Assembly: GCA_043778225.1 (NCBI GenBank) | Contig: JAYWGM010000085.1 | Coordinates: forward strand, 1-16,258 | Reading direction: 5' to 3' | DNA from: Deinococcales bacterium | GTDB lineage: Bacteria; Deinococcota; Deinococci; Deinococcales; JAAFIG01 | DNA length: 16,258 nucleotides | Part shown: positions 16,084 to 16,258 of the stretch, in pieces | Layout: each line of letters starts with the position of its first letter | Numbering within the stretch: position 1 is the stretch's first letter | Program-made: the position numbers and the translations under genes | Notes under the pieces: model-generated | Database searches by the model: none | What the model saw: the letters and a program-made list of their open reading frames with translations, nothing else | What the model was told of the DNA's origin: nothing

Positions 16084-16258
16084 TACCGAATTAACTTAAT
16101 CACTCTTATTTGACCCATCTTGACCCTGAAAGCAGCACCTTACGGGCTTGGGTCGCAAAAACGGTCAAACTGTCGTTCTTGCGTTAATTCGGTTTTGTTG
16201 TTACTCCTTCTAGTCGGTTAATCAGTCAAAATACGCGACTGATTAACCCAATTTGGTA
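16084..16258. mobile_element. Miniature inverted-repeat element, copy C (175 bp; ends exactly at the window end)
   Basis: TTA|TACCGAATTAAC...CAATTTGGTA. Stem 1 is ACCGAATTAAC/GTTAATTCGGT (16085-16095/16183-16193), the linker spans 16190-16217, and stem 2 is GGTTAATCAGTC/GACTGATTAACC (16216-16227/16237-16248). The right TSD is not visible. Confidence 0.85.

Noticed and set aside
4019..16258. Composite transposon formed by inverted copies B and C around the cgs/stress island
   Set aside because: Copy B has its own complete TGA/TGA duplication, indicating an independent insertion. No transposase is present and C's right flank is outside the window. With three copies in 16 kb, flanking by chance is likely.

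Overview
Bacterial genomic window, probably Deinococcota (inferred from repeat style, leaderless-type promoters and strong CTCGAG enrichment). Left (+ strand): a sugar-utilisation cluster with a 5'-truncated GH78 alpha-L-rhamnosidase, a truncated DeoR-type HTH gene, an SGNH esterase and an L-fucose/L-arabinose isomerase-family gene. Centre (- strand): a 2865-aa cyclic beta-1,2-glucan synthase/phosphorylase (Cgs/NdvB/ChvB type) downstream of a translationally coupled YqjD/E/K-like trio. Right: further stress-type small genes (LEA-like, GlsB/YeaQ/YmgE, a hypothetical gene and a lipoprotein). The most notable non-coding structure is: (1) three copies of a modular TACC...GGTA miniature element with 3-bp TNA target duplications and exchangeable hairpins, one inserted in frame in the SGNH gene; (2) a 53-bp promoter architecture (TCAR boxes every 11 bp, then N10, then a -10-like hexamer) shared by four stress-gene promoters; (3) about 89 copies of CTCGAG by hand count, versus about 4 expected. 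All family calls come from motif recognition, not database searches.
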